A DNA stretch of 64,000 nucleotides from an uncultured delta proteobacterium. GTDB lineage: Bacteria > Myxococcota > Kuafuiibacteriia > Kuafuiibacteriales > Kuafuiibacteriaceae. Numbering within the stretch: the first letter of the stretch is position 1; every line of letters starts with the position of its first letter. Below the pieces are notes generated by a model, which did not search any database, was not told the origin of the DNA, and saw only the letters and a program-made list of their open reading frames with translations. The translations under genes and the position numbers were made by a program. The stretch is taken from NCBI GenBank assembly GCA_963803435.1, contig CAWDML010000001.1, positions 960,001 through 1,024,000 on the forward strand, written 5' to 3'. Positions 20,125 through 29,233 of this stretch are shown piece by piece.

Positions 20125-21851
20125 CACCCCTTGCGCGGGCGGGTCAGCTCGTAGCGGATCATCCACTTGCCGAGCGTCTGCCGCGAGACCCCGAGGAGCT
20201 GCGCCGCGCGCGTCTGGTTGCCGCCGCACTGCTCGAGCGCCGCCGTGATGCGCAGACAGCGCTCTTGCTCCACGCTCTCCTTGCTCTGTGGATCGCCCGC
20301 GCTCCAGTCCGCCGCGAGCTTGTCGAGCGGGAGATGGATCAACTCGATCGTTCGGCCCTCGGACAGCAACACGGCGCGCTCGATCACGTTGCGGAGCTCG
20401 CGGATGTTGCCCGGCCAATGGTAGCGCTGGAGGCGCTCCTCGGCGTCGGCCGCGATCGAGGGTGCCGCGAGGCCGAGCTCGGCGGCCGCGCGCCGCGCGA
20501 AGGTGCGGGCGAGCGGGACGATCTCGCTCCTGCGCTCGCGCAGCGGCGGGATCTGCAGGGAGACACCGTTGAGGCGATAGAAGAGGTCCTGGCGGAACGT
20601 ACCTCGCTCGATCTCCTTCTCGAGGTCGCGGTTGGTCGCCGAGACGAAGCGGACGTCGACCGTGATCGGGACGGAGCCGCCGAGGCGCCGGACCTCTCGC
20701 ACCTCGAGCACGCGCAGCAGCTTGGCCTGCGTGCCGAGGGGGAGCTCACCGATCTCGTCGAGGAACAACGTGCCGCCCTGAGCCGCCTCCAGCAGACCGG
20801 CCCGCGCCTCCGCAGCTCCGGTGAACGCGCCCTTCTCGTGACCGAAGAGCTCCGACTCGACGAGGGTCTCGGAGAGCGCTGCGCAGTTGAGCCGGACGAA
20901 GGGCCCGTCGCGCCGCGGGGAGCTCCGGTGCAGTATGTCGGCGACGATCTCCTTCCCCACGCCGGTCTCACCGAGGAGCAGCACGCTGATACGCCCTGCG
21001 GCGACGCGATCGAGCACGCGCATCAGCTCGCGCATGGCCGCGTCCTCGATCACGATCGACGGTGACGGCTCGAAGGCGAGGACGCTCGGGCCGAGGAGCT
21101 CCCCGTTGGCCGCGGCCAGCAGGCGGTCCGCGGTGAGGCCGTCCTCCGGGAAGCAGGCGATCCCGGCGACGCTGCGGAAGCCGCGCTCGGTGAGGGCGCG
21201 CTGGACCTCCTCGGCCACGTGCTCGGCGCGGCTGCGGGCGCTGTCGGGGAGGAGCAGCTCGAGCTCGCCGGGGCCGTAGCTGGCGACGAGGTCCGATCGT
21301 CCGAGGGCGCGGGTCACCGCGCCTTCGAGGGCCGGCTGACCTGCCGAGCCCCGCACCGAGAGCCGCACCAGCGCGAACGGGGAGCGACGGCCTCGTGTGT
21401 TGCGAAGGATCTCCGCCTCGAGCCGGACCTCGAAGTGAGCGTGCGACGTGGTGCCCGGTCGGGGCTGGGGGATCGTCGTGCGCTGGAGGACCAGCATCGT
21501 GGCGCCGAGCTCGATGACGTCGCCGGAGCCGAGCTTGGCTCGCTCGCCCGGGGCCAGGCGTCGGCCGCTCAGCCGGGTCCCGTTCGCGCTGTCGAGATCC
21601 TCGAGGGAGAGCTCGAAGCCCTCGACGAGCAGGCGGGCGTGCACGCGGGAGATCTGGGCGTCGTCGATCCGGAGCCCGCACTCGTCTGCGCGGCCGACGG
21701 TGAGCTCGCCTCCTTCGGGGAGCGGCGCGGTGAAGACGGTCTCCGCCTGAATGACCACCAGCGAGAGGCGCTCGCCCGCCGGGTCCTCCGCGGTTCGGAG
21801 GGTGGGCGGAAGATCGATCGAGAACACGCTATCGCGAAGGTGAGGTGGCAT
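20124..21851 (-). CDS. Sigma54-dependent enhancer-binding protein (FHA, degenerate GGDEF-like, AAA+, Fis HTH)
   Basis: GR..ISRVH..SANGT (FHA), GETGVGKE, GAFTGA, FLDEIGE, WPGNIRELRN, GNQTRAAQLLG. Confidence 0.95.
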   Translation of the reverse strand: MPPHLRDSVFSIDLPPTLRTAEDPAGERLSLVVIQAETVFTAPLPEGGELTVGRADECGLRIDDAQISRVHARLLVEGFELSLEDLDSANGTRLSGRRLAPGERAKLGSGDVIELGATMLVLQRTTIPQPRPGTTSHAHFEVRLEAEILRNTRGRRSPFALVRLSVRGSAGQPALEGAVTRALGRSDLVASYGPGELELLLPDSARSRAEHVAEEVQRALTERGFRSVAGIACFPEDGLTADRLLAAANGELLGPSVLAFEPSPSIVIEDAAMRELMRVLDRVAAGRISVLLLGETGVGKEIVADILHRSSPRRDGPFVRLNCAALSETLVESELFGHEKGAFTGAAEARAGLLEAAQGGTLFLDEIGELPLGTQAKLLRVLEVREVRRLGGSVPITVDVRFVSATNRDLEKEIERGTFRQDLFYRLNGVSLQIPPLRERRSEIVPLARTFARRAAAELGLAAPSIAADAEERLQRYHWPGNIRELRNVIERAVLLSEGRTIELIHLPLDKLAADWSAGDPQSKESVEQERCLRITAALEQCGGNQTRAAQLLGVSRQTLGKWMIRYELTRPRKG

Positions 21852-21879
21852 TCCAGGGTGCAGGCCCGATTCGACGCGG

Positions 21880-21896
21880 GTTGTCTTCTAGACAAC
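21880..21896. promoter_or_regulatory. Palindrome GTTGTCT-N3-AGACAAC, candidate activator-binding site
   Basis: Perfect 7-bp inverted repeat about 55 nt upstream of a -24/-12 element. Confidence 0.45.
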
Positions 21897-21949
21897 GTCT
21901 TCTCGACCACCGCGACGGCGCGCTCGGGCGGGCGCGCATCCGACCGGTT

Positions 21950-21965
21950 CGGCCCGCCGATTGCT
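21950..21965 (+). promoter_or_regulatory. Sigma54 -24/-12 promoter
   Basis: CGGCCCGCCGATTGCT (GG-N10-GC with TTGCT), 30 nt before ATG 21996. Confidence 0.6.
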
Positions 21966-21995
21966 TTGGAGTCCCGACACCAGGAGGACCCAATC

Positions 21996-22802
21996 ATGAC
22001 GATGACCATCGAAACCGAGCGCGCGCTGCTCGGAAACACCAACTTCGACCGCAGGGACGTCGACCGCCTTGCCGCGTCCGAGAAGCAGTCGTTCGCCGCG
22101 CTCCGGTTCAAGGATGGACCGGGGGCGAAGCAGTACCAGCAGGCGATCGAGAAGCTCGACGCGCTGCGGAGCGGCGGATGGCGGCAGGCGTTCGGGAGCG
22201 ACTATCTCACGGAGACTCAGCGCGCCGAGATCCGGGGCGCAGTGCAGGACGTCGGCAACGCGCGGCTGTTCGCGCAGCGGGAGAATCTGGCCTCGGATCA
22301 GCTCACCCGCAACGCGGGCGATGATCCAGGGATCTACCGCGATCGCCAGAGCGGAGAGATCGTGCGCCGCGATCCGGGCGCCCGGACGCGCGAGGAGAAG
22401 ACGACCACCATCCAGAACCGCGACGAGCCGGGCATCAACCGCGATCCGCTGACGGGGCGAATCGTGAGCCGGGAGCCGGGGGCGAAGACGATCGTCGAGC
22501 GCGGCGACGAGTCGGAGCGTTACCTGACCAGCGGCAAGAAGACCTATCGTCCGGGCGCGAGCTCGGAGGAGCTGCAGTCCGGACGAACGCTCCGCGAGGG
22601 AGACTACGGGGACGGCGTTCGAGAGATGCAGAGGCTGTTGAAGGCAGCGGGCTACAATCCCGGCACCCTCGACGGCTTCTTCGGCCCGAGCACGGCGAAG
22701 GCGGTGAAGCGGTTCCTCGCCGATCAGAAGAGCCCGCGCAGCGACATGGGAGCGGAGGAGCTCGCTCGGCTCGCCCAGCTCGCCAAGGAGAAGAAGGCGT
22801 AG
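21996..22802 (+). CDS. Protein with internal duplicated motif and C-terminal peptidoglycan-binding domain
   Basis: AGGAGG RBS; repeat DDPGIYRD..GEIVRRDPGART / DEPGINRD..GRIVSREPGAKT; LREGDYGDGVREMQRLL..GYNPGTLDGFFGPSTAKAVKRF. Confidence 0.85.
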   Translation: MTMTIETERALLGNTNFDRRDVDRLAASEKQSFAALRFKDGPGAKQYQQAIEKLDALRSGGWRQAFGSDYLTETQRAEIRGAVQDVGNARLFAQRENLASDQLTRNAGDDPGIYRDRQSGEIVRRDPGARTREEKTTTIQNRDEPGINRDPLTGRIVSREPGAKTIVERGDESERYLTSGKKTYRPGASSEELQSGRTLREGDYGDGVREMQRLLKAAGYNPGTLDGFFGPSTAKAVKRFLADQKSPRSDMGAEELARLAQLAKEKKA

Positions 22803-23228
22803 ATGATGGTGGATCGTCCGACCCTCCCGATCCTCGAGCTGGCGCTCGAGTTCCTCCGGCGCGACGCGTCGGGTGAGTACGTCTGGGGTCACGCGGGTGA
22901 GGAGGCGCTGCCGCTGCTGCTCGACGTACTCTTTGCGGTCCCGGAGGATGCGTCGGCGTCGATCGACGAGCTGCTCCGCCTCGCCAGCGTCCTCGAGCTC
23001 GAGCTCCGGTCCCCGTCGGCGGCCGCCGGCCTCCTCGCGGCGCTGCGTGCGGATCCGCGCGTGACGGCAGGCTGCGATCGCTCGGCGCGATCGCGGGCGA
23101 AGAGCGCCCACTGGTCAGGGAGCCAGGAGATCCGGCGTGCGCCGATGCGGCGCGAGGAGCGGCGTGCTCGGGTTACGCCTGCGGACGGGCGGAAGCGCAG
23201 AGCCTTCCGGACGGCAGGGCCGGGCTGA
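22803..23228 (+). CDS. Hypothetical protein
   Basis: Starts immediately after the upstream stop; helical, Leu-rich N-terminal half. Confidence 0.55.
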   Translation: MMVDRPTLPILELALEFLRRDASGEYVWGHAGEEALPLLLDVLFAVPEDASASIDELLRLASVLELELRSPSAAAGLLAALRADPRVTAGCDRSARSRAKSAHWSGSQEIRRAPMRREERRARVTPADGRKRRAFRTAGPG

Positions 23229-23353
23229 GGCGGTCCTCGCGCAGCCGCGCTCTCTGGTGGAATGTCCCGCGCGGTAGAGACCCTCCATATTGGAGCTGCC
23301 AACGGGTCAGAAGGAATTCGCGCTGCCTGCGATCAGCATTTGACCCCGCACGT

Positions 23354-24469
23354 TCATCGTCGACGGCTTCGATCGGATCGTGGAGCGTGAGCTGTCTGCG
23401 GGCCTGTCCTCTTGGCGGCGCGCCCGTCGAGGTGCCGCTCCACCATCGCCCAGGTGTCGGCGTCGACGACGCGCCGGCGCCGGTTTCCATCCCGATCTTG
23501 GATGCGGACCTGAACGCCGCCGCCCGGGAGGCGCGAGGCCTGATAGGCGCTCGCCGTCGCGCAGGCCTGAAAGAGCCGGCGAGCCCGCTCCTCCTCGAGC
23601 GCCTCCGGGACGTCGACGGGCTCCACCGCCCGGGGCGCCGGCGGCTCCGGCGCGGCCGGCGCGTCAATGCGCGCCTCGAGGAAGTCGAGGAAGTCGCCCG
23701 CCAGGACCCCGGCCGGACCGACGATCACGCCGCCTCGAAGCGCGAGGAAGCTCCCGTCCCGCCCGCGCCCGAACGCGACTGCGTCGCGCAGGTCCTGGTG
23801 AGTGGCGTGCATCGAGGCGGTGAGGGCCTCAATCTCCTGCGCGTCGACGATCGACAGCGGCCACTCGGTCAATCCGTAGCGCGCGGTGAACTCGACGTAC
23901 GTCTCCGGAAGATCACGTCCCAGCCGGACCTCGACGGCGCGGATGTCGTCCCGGTCCGGCGTGTACGGATAGACGCCGCCCCGGTGCGCGAGGAGCGCCT
24001 CCGCCACGCGGTTCCATCTCGACGCGGCTCGATCCTCGGCATCGTCGACAATCGCGTCCGTCACCACCTCGTCGAGCCAGTCCTCGAAGGAGGAGGCGCA
24101 GCCGGGAACCGCCAGCTCCACCTCGTCCGGTGGGTCCTCGTGATCCCAGAAGAGCACCGGGTACTCGCCGTCGTCCGGCGCCCGCAGATCCCAGCCCCAG
24201 TCGTTGCCGGACCCATCGGTGGCGAACGCCAGGAACCAGTCCGGCCGCTCGAACCCGCGGTCCTTTCGAAGCGCCTGCAGGCCGAAGATCTCGACCGGCC
24301 AGCACGCCTGGCCCACCTCGCGCGCGAACGCGAGGTACGTCTTGGACAGCGACACGCCGAGCCGCGCTTCGGCCGCTTCAATCGATGCCTCCGAGGCGCT
24401 TCGTCCCGCGGCGTTCGGCGTGCCGAGCCGGGCTTCCTCCCGCAGGATGGTGGCGTGAAGTGGTCTCAT
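23354..24469 (-). CDS. Tandem SMI1/KNR4 (SUKH) domain protein
   Basis: Two copies: IEAAEARLGVSLSKTYLAF..FATDGSGN..VLFWDHE..SFEDWL and IRAVEVRLGRDLPETYVEF..DFLDFLE. Confidence 0.85.
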   Translation of the reverse strand: MRPLHATILREEARLGTPNAAGRSASEASIEAAEARLGVSLSKTYLAFAREVGQACWPVEIFGLQALRKDRGFERPDWFLAFATDGSGNDWGWDLRAPDDGEYPVLFWDHEDPPDEVELAVPGCASSFEDWLDEVVTDAIVDDAEDRAASRWNRVAEALLAHRGGVYPYTPDRDDIRAVEVRLGRDLPETYVEFTARYGLTEWPLSIVDAQEIEALTASMHATHQDLRDAVAFGRGRDGSFLALRGGVIVGPAGVLAGDFLDFLEARIDAPAAPEPPAPRAVEPVDVPEALEEERARRLFQACATASAYQASRLPGGGVQVRIQDRDGNRRRRVVDADTWAMVERHLDGRAAKRTGPQTAHAPRSDRSRRR

Positions 24470-24595
24470 GACCTCGATTTCAGCGCGAGCGTCGGGTCTT
24501 TTGCCAGCGCCTCGGGGATCCGCTCTTTGGCGAAGCACAGCGGCCAGGCCTGCGGTGACGGAGGCTTTGCAGGAGACAAGGCGCCGCCGGTTGCC

Positions 24596-24664
24596 CTAGG
24601 AGCGTGTAGCGCGTAGCGCTACCGCGAGCCCGGTCCGGGTCCCGGTCCCGGTCCCGGTCCCGAT
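24596..24664 (+). repeat. Left terminal inverted repeat containing a CCCGGT/CCGGGT hexamer array
   Basis: Read directly from the sequence. Confidence 0.9.
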
Positions 24665-24669
24665 GGCGA

Positions 24670-25039
24670 TCATGCAGCCCGGCGTGCGTTCATCGACTTG
24701 ATGAGGCGCGTGAGCATCTCGACAACGCGCTTGAGCTTGGCTCTGGCGGCTTGGACCTTCTGCTCGTTGGCGAGTCGGCGCCTCAAGCAGGTGTGGAGTG
24801 AGGCGGCGCTTTCGGTGCCAGAGCGAAGTGCCATCCGGTAGAAGCGAGCCTTCTCAGGTGGATTGAACTCTCCGGCGCCCTCGGCGGTTGTTGTTCACGA
24901 TGGAATCGGATGCCCGCCGAAGCTGATCGCGGACGTGAGCGTGACCGGGTTGCAGTTCTTGTGCGATCTCTTCAGCGATATCGGCATGCTCGACGGCGAG
25001 CTGGTAGGCCTCGAGCTTCTCGTGATCGAAAGTGACCAT
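24670..25039 (-). CDS. Four helix bundle protein (23S rRNA IVS protein/Avd-like family); +1 frameshift near 24888
   Basis: MVTFDHEKLEAYQLA...DQLRRASDSIVNN|TAEGAGEF..EKARFYRMALRSGTESAASL...VEMLTRLI; absent as a whole from the ORF track. Confidence 0.88.
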
Positions 25040-25155
25040 GCAGAGCTTGCGGTAGCTCGTCCACTTTGACCAGCAGAAGTTCTTGGAGGTCGTTTCGTCT
25101 GGAGTCGATCGTTGGGCGGATCGACTTCGACGCCTGGACTTGATCCCATGGTTTC

Positions 25156-26486
25156 GTGGCGAAGCAATACCGTTCTTGGACTCCGAGACAATCGTTCTTG
25201 CTCCCGCCGTCCCCTCTCGAGTGGCTCCCAGAAAATCATCTCGCATACTTCGTCTTGGACGTCGTCGATGAGGTAGAGCGGAGCGCGATCGAGATCTCGA
25301 TCCAGTCCAAGGACCCGCGAGGCGAGCGACCGTACTCGCCTCGAATGATGATCGCGCTGCTTCTGTACGCCTACTGCACCGGCATCTATTCGTCGCGGAG
25401 GATCGCGCGGGCGACCTACGAAGACATTCCATTCCGGGTGCTGGCTGGAGAGAGTCATCCCCACTTCACGACGATCAACGAGTTTCGGCTCGTCCACCTG
25501 GAGGCACTGAAAGCGCTCTTCCTCGAAGTCCTGAAGCTTTGCCAAAAAGCAGGTTTGGTGCGGCTCGGACACGTCGCACTCGATGGCTCGAAGGTGCAGG
25601 CGAACGCGAGCAAGCACAAGGCGATGACCTACGAGCGGATGGCCGAGGAGGAGAAGCGGCTGTCTCTCGAGATCGAAGAACTGCTGGAGCGAGCGCGCAC
25701 GATCGACCAAGAGGAAGACGAGCAAAGCGGATGATGCTCTTGTGGATCGGGTGGAGCAGAAGCGAGCGAGAACTCGAGCCGAGAAGGCAAGAGCGCAGGC
25801 TGACCAGCTCGAACCATCCCCAGACCCAACTGAACGAAATGATGGATGGCCGCATCATCGCGTTCCTGCAAATGTGGACGGCACACCGAGGCCCCACGCT
25901 CAGAGGAACTTCACCGACTCAGACAGCAGGATCATGTTGAAGGAGGGAGCGTACCTCCAGGCCTACAATGCCCAAGTTGTCGTAGATGAGCACGCTCAGG
26001 TGATTGTCGCCGAAGGGGTCAGCAACCAGGCACCTGATCAACAACACCTCGTCCCGATGCTCCGTGATGTGTTCGGCAACTCAACTGCGGCGATGCTCCG
26101 CGGAAGATGACGGCAGACAACGGCTATCTGAGCGCGACCAACATCGAATCTGCGACAACAATCAGATCGATGCCCACATCGCTGTTGGACGCGAACAGAA
26201 CCAAGACGCGTCGACTCCGTCCTCATCAGCTTCGGAGCCCACACCTGCCTCGCTCGCTCGCAAGCGAATGCGAGACAAGTTGCAAACGCGCGACGGCAAG
26301 GCGGTCTACCCCCGCAGGAAGAGTATCGTCGAACCGGCGCTCGGACAGATCAAAGGGGCACGAGGATTCCGCCGGTTCTCGCTCCGCTCCTTCTTCAAGG
26401 TACGAGCCGGGTGGACGCTCGTCTGCCTCACCCACAACCTGCTCAAGCTCTACCAATCGAAGCTCGCGACCGTCGCGAGCGTCTGA
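25156..26486 (+). pseudogene. IS1182-family transposase with frameshifts and a probable internal deletion
   Basis: LLPPSPLEWLPENHLAYF, YAYCTGIYSSRRIAR, ALDGSKVQANASKHK, NFTDSDSRIM..YNAQ, ADNGY, RKSIVEP..GQIKGARGFRRFSLR spread over several frames. Confidence 0.9.
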
Positions 26487-26506
26487 CTCAAGGCAGCCAT
26501 CTTCAG

Positions 26507-26576
26507 ATCGGGACCCGGACCGGGACCGGGACCCGGACCGGGGTCGCGTGAGCGCTTACGCGCTACACGCTCCTAG
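26507..26576 (-). repeat. Right terminal inverted repeat containing a hexamer array
   Basis: ATCGGGACCCGGACCGGGACCGGGACCCGGACCGGG...GCTACACGCTCCTAG. Confidence 0.9.
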
Positions 26577-26588
26577 CCTGAGGGAACC

Positions 26589-26846
26589 GTGGCCGGCGGT
26601 TGGTACATAGACGGAGCGGTCCAGGACCAGATCGACGCGAGCGTACAAGACGCGGTGCTGAGAGCTCGCGAGCGTCTCTCGGAAGGCGAAAGCCTCGAAG
26701 CGTGTGAGGACTGCGGTGCCCGCATCCCCGAGGGGCGCCGTCGCGCGCTGCCCGGCGTACGGCGCTGCGTTCCTTGCCAGCGCGAAGAAGACGAGGCGCA
26801 GGCCCGTGATGCGCTGGGCGATGCGGCCCGCCTGCGGTCCCTATGA
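26589..26846 (+). CDS. DksA/TraR-family C4 zinc-finger protein (YbiI-like)
   Basis: MAGGW..DGAVQDQIDASV..CEDCGARIPEGRRRALPGVRRCVPCQ. Confidence 0.92.
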   Translation: MAGGWYIDGAVQDQIDASVQDAVLRARERLSEGESLEACEDCGARIPEGRRRALPGVRRCVPCQREEDEAQARDALGDAARLRSL

Positions 26847-26879
26847 TCGTGGACTGGTAGGCGCCCTTCGGCCTGCCGC

Positions 26880-27767
26880 TCACTTCTCCCAGGGTCGCGA
26901 GGCCTGACCACCCAGGGTCGAGAACGTCACGTAGCTCCCGTCGGGGCGGTAGAACATGTGGACCTGCGCGAAGACCGGGGTGTCGCCCTGGAGGCTCTCG
27001 CCCACCACGCGCGCACGCGCCGAGACGTGCCGGACGCCCGGGCCCATCCGTTCGATGAGCGACTCGACCTGCGTCGAGTACGTGAGCGCACTCTCGGGGC
27101 CCGCCTCGCCGAAGGCGTCGGCGGCGATCGACAGCCCGGCGGCTTTGATACCGTTCGCGATCCCGGCGACGGGCGTGGTCTTGAACTGCCCGGCCTCGAT
27201 GTGCTCGCCGTAGCGCTGCTCGGCGTCCGCGATGGAGGCATCGAGGAGCCTTCGCACCTCGGCGCGCGCGCCGGTGCCTCGCGAGAGCGAGCCGGTCCCC
27301 ACGCGAACGCCCCCGCCCATTTCGATGTCGCTGTCCGCGAAGAACGTCCTGAGGGAGTCGAGCCGCTGCTCGAAGGAGATCGGATCGCCTGAGCTCCTCG
27401 CGACAGCCAGATGGAGCAGCCCGCCGACGTCGCCGGCGTTGTAAGAGAGCTCGTCGAGCCAATCGAGCGTGACGCGGGCGTTGCGATCGACGTCACCGAC
27501 CGCCTCGCTCATGGCCGCCTGCGCGGTCTGATACACCAGCGCCGCTGGAGCGGTCCCGCGCGCGCCGTCCGCCTTCCTCGCGTCGCGCACCCGATCGGCG
27601 CTGGCGTAGGTCATGGAGTAGCGTGCGAAGGTCTGCTGCTCGGCCCTCGACAGGATCGCGCGGTCCGACGTGGTCTTCGCCTGGCCGTTCTTGGCCGCGG
27701 TCGAGAACGCGTCCGTTCGAAGCATCCGTTCCGCGGTCTCGAGGACTGCGGCGATCTTGAGCGACAT
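26880..27767 (-). CDS. Hypothetical protein, no signal peptide
   Basis: 295-aa ORF with coding-like GC3 bias and a GAGGGG RBS. Confidence 0.7.
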   Translation of the reverse strand: MSLKIAAVLETAERMLRTDAFSTAAKNGQAKTTSDRAILSRAEQQTFARYSMTYASADRVRDARKADGARGTAPAALVYQTAQAAMSEAVGDVDRNARVTLDWLDELSYNAGDVGGLLHLAVARSSGDPISFEQRLDSLRTFFADSDIEMGGGVRVGTGSLSRGTGARAEVRRLLDASIADAEQRYGEHIEAGQFKTTPVAGIANGIKAAGLSIAADAFGEAGPESALTYSTQVESLIERMGPGVRHVSARARVVGESLQGDTPVFAQVHMFYRPDGSYVTFSTLGGQASRPWEK

Positions 27768-27791
27768 TGCGAGGCCCCCTCTTCGCAGGAG

Positions 27792-27818
27792 TTGTCGGCG
27801 GAGCGCGCCTTTTGTTTC
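27792..27818 (-). promoter_or_regulatory. Candidate sigma28-type promoter GAAA-N15-GCCGACAA
   Basis: Same spacing as TAAA-N15-GCCGATAA with one mismatch per box. Confidence 0.5.
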
Positions 27819-27851
27819 TCCGTCAGTTGCCCGAGGGGACGGTTGGCGCGA

Positions 27852-28610
27852 TCACACCTGGAAGAACGCCTGCATCCCGGTCCGACACGTGAGCCAATCC
27901 ACGAAGACCAACGCGTGATCTCGTTGCAGCTCGGCGAGGAGTTTCAAGGCTTCGTCTTCGAGCGGTCCCTCCACGAGCAAGCCGAGCGTGCGCACGTCAC
28001 CGGCATGCTCGAGTCCGTAGAGCCAGGCAGTCGCGCCCATCTCGACGACAAATCCTCCGCGGATCCGCCGTGTCGCGCCCCGGAAGCTCAACCCGCGCCC
28101 GTCGGCGCCGAGCGCCTCGACCGTCAAGGTGTTCGGCGCGATCGGGAGCGGCAGCCTCGTCCGTACGTGGATGTTCTTGAATCCCGCGGCGACCCGCTCG
28201 TTGAGGTGGATCTGGCCGATCGCGTCGAGCTCTTCATCTATGACCGCCTCATGGATCAGCGAGATGAGCTCCATCTGCCGCCAGTCGTCCTCGTGAAGGA
28301 CGAGCTCGGCGCCGTCGGCGGGGTCACCGTCGGTCGGAGGAATCGCATTCTCGATGGTCGCGAGCGAAAACAGGACCTTCTGGGGATCGACGTGCTCCAC
28401 CTTTCGGACCCTGAGCAAGAGCTTTCCTGTCAACGTGAACTCCGCACGGGTCAGAGGCATCGCCGACTCGACGTGCCAGTCGAGCTCGCCCAGATGGAGC
28501 GTGGTCGCGACGGCGAAGGTCTCCGGGAGCTGGAGTGCGGGCACCTGCGCCCGGGCGAACACCTCCTCGGTGGCGCCATCGATGAAGGTGACCTCGATGT
28601 CGGAGCTCAC
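27852..28610 (-). CDS. Hypothetical protein
   Basis: 252-aa ORF with QLPETF..TTLHLG..W.V and LHEDDWRQMELIS. Confidence 0.7.
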   Translation of the reverse strand: MSSDIEVTFIDGATEEVFARAQVPALQLPETFAVATTLHLGELDWHVESAMPLTRAEFTLTGKLLLRVRKVEHVDPQKVLFSLATIENAIPPTDGDPADGAELVLHEDDWRQMELISLIHEAVIDEELDAIGQIHLNERVAAGFKNIHVRTRLPLPIAPNTLTVEALGADGRGLSFRGATRRIRGGFVVEMGATAWLYGLEHAGDVRTLGLLVEGPLEDEALKLLAELQRDHALVFVDWLTCRTGMQAFFQV

Positions 28611-28783
28611 GTCGCCACGAAATCATGGGTCGAGGGGAGAGTCACCCGACCTTCGCAATCCGGTAGGGTGTCGCGCCCACCAGATTCGGACCACCGCGGA
28701 TGCTCGCGTAGACGCGAAGCGTGAGCTGTCAGGAGAGCCACGGTCGGGTCGAGCTCGGATTGCTCAGCCGCCGACCTCCGCGG

Positions 28784-29233
28784 TCAACCTCCGGGTGAAG
28801 AAGCGACAGCTCGGTCTGGCCCAGCTCCTGGAGCTTCGTCGATCTGCGCGTTCCCCGCCCCTGTCCCTGAAGCGCCGACAACCGCCCCGCTCAGATGCCG
28901 CTTGGCGAGGACCTCCTCTCGGTTCCCTGCGAAGTAGTTCGCGCAGCCCTGGCAGCAGAAGTACACCGGCTTGCCGTCGACCTTCTGTCGCGGGCTGGAC
29001 TCGGTGACTTGAAAGACCACGCCGCTCACCAAGCAGTAGGTCTTCTGACCGACGTCGACGCCGGGCTGCTCGAACACGTCGGCCGACCGGCCGACCGCGC
29101 GCGCGCCTCAACCGCGTTCGCAGCCGGTGAAGGCGGGATCGATCGGTTGCCACGGTTCGAGCCGATCGCCTGGCTCGCGGCAGCCGGATGCCAAGAGGAG
29201 AACGAGCGGGAGTGAGCCGATGAAGCGTCGCAT
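28784..29233 (-). CDS. YHS-domain metal-binding lipoprotein, probable selenoprotein (in-frame TGA at 29110-29108, residue 42)
   Basis: ATG 29233 overlaps the upstream TGA; lipobox LASGC; GCERG-TGA-GARAVG continues in frame into CLVSGVVF...VDGKPVYFCCQGCANYF; SECIS-like hairpin follows. Confidence 0.75.
29074..29100 (-). promoter_or_regulatory. Putative bacterial SECIS element
   Basis: GUCGGCC-GGUC-GGCCGAC stem-loop at +13 to +30 after the UGA, with a lower GCGC/GUGU stem and a bulged G. Confidence 0.6.

Larger units (their letters stand above)
24596..26576. mobile_element. IS1182-family element (~1.97 kb) with CTAG at both ends, ~70-bp imperfect terminal inverted repeats and a passenger four-helix-bundle gene
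   Basis: Left end CTAGGAGCGTGTAGCGCGTA...(CCCGGT)n..CGAT (24596-24664) is the reverse complement of 26507-26576; a transposase lies inside. Confidence 0.85.

Noticed and set aside
24670-25039. Diversity-generating retroelement (Avd-like gene)
   Set aside because: No reverse transcriptase or template/variable repeat pair was seen, and the gene lies inside IS ends.
25156-26486. Programmed frameshifting in the transposase
   Set aside because: There are several breaks plus an apparent deletion and no clear slippery site; decay or sequencing error fits better.
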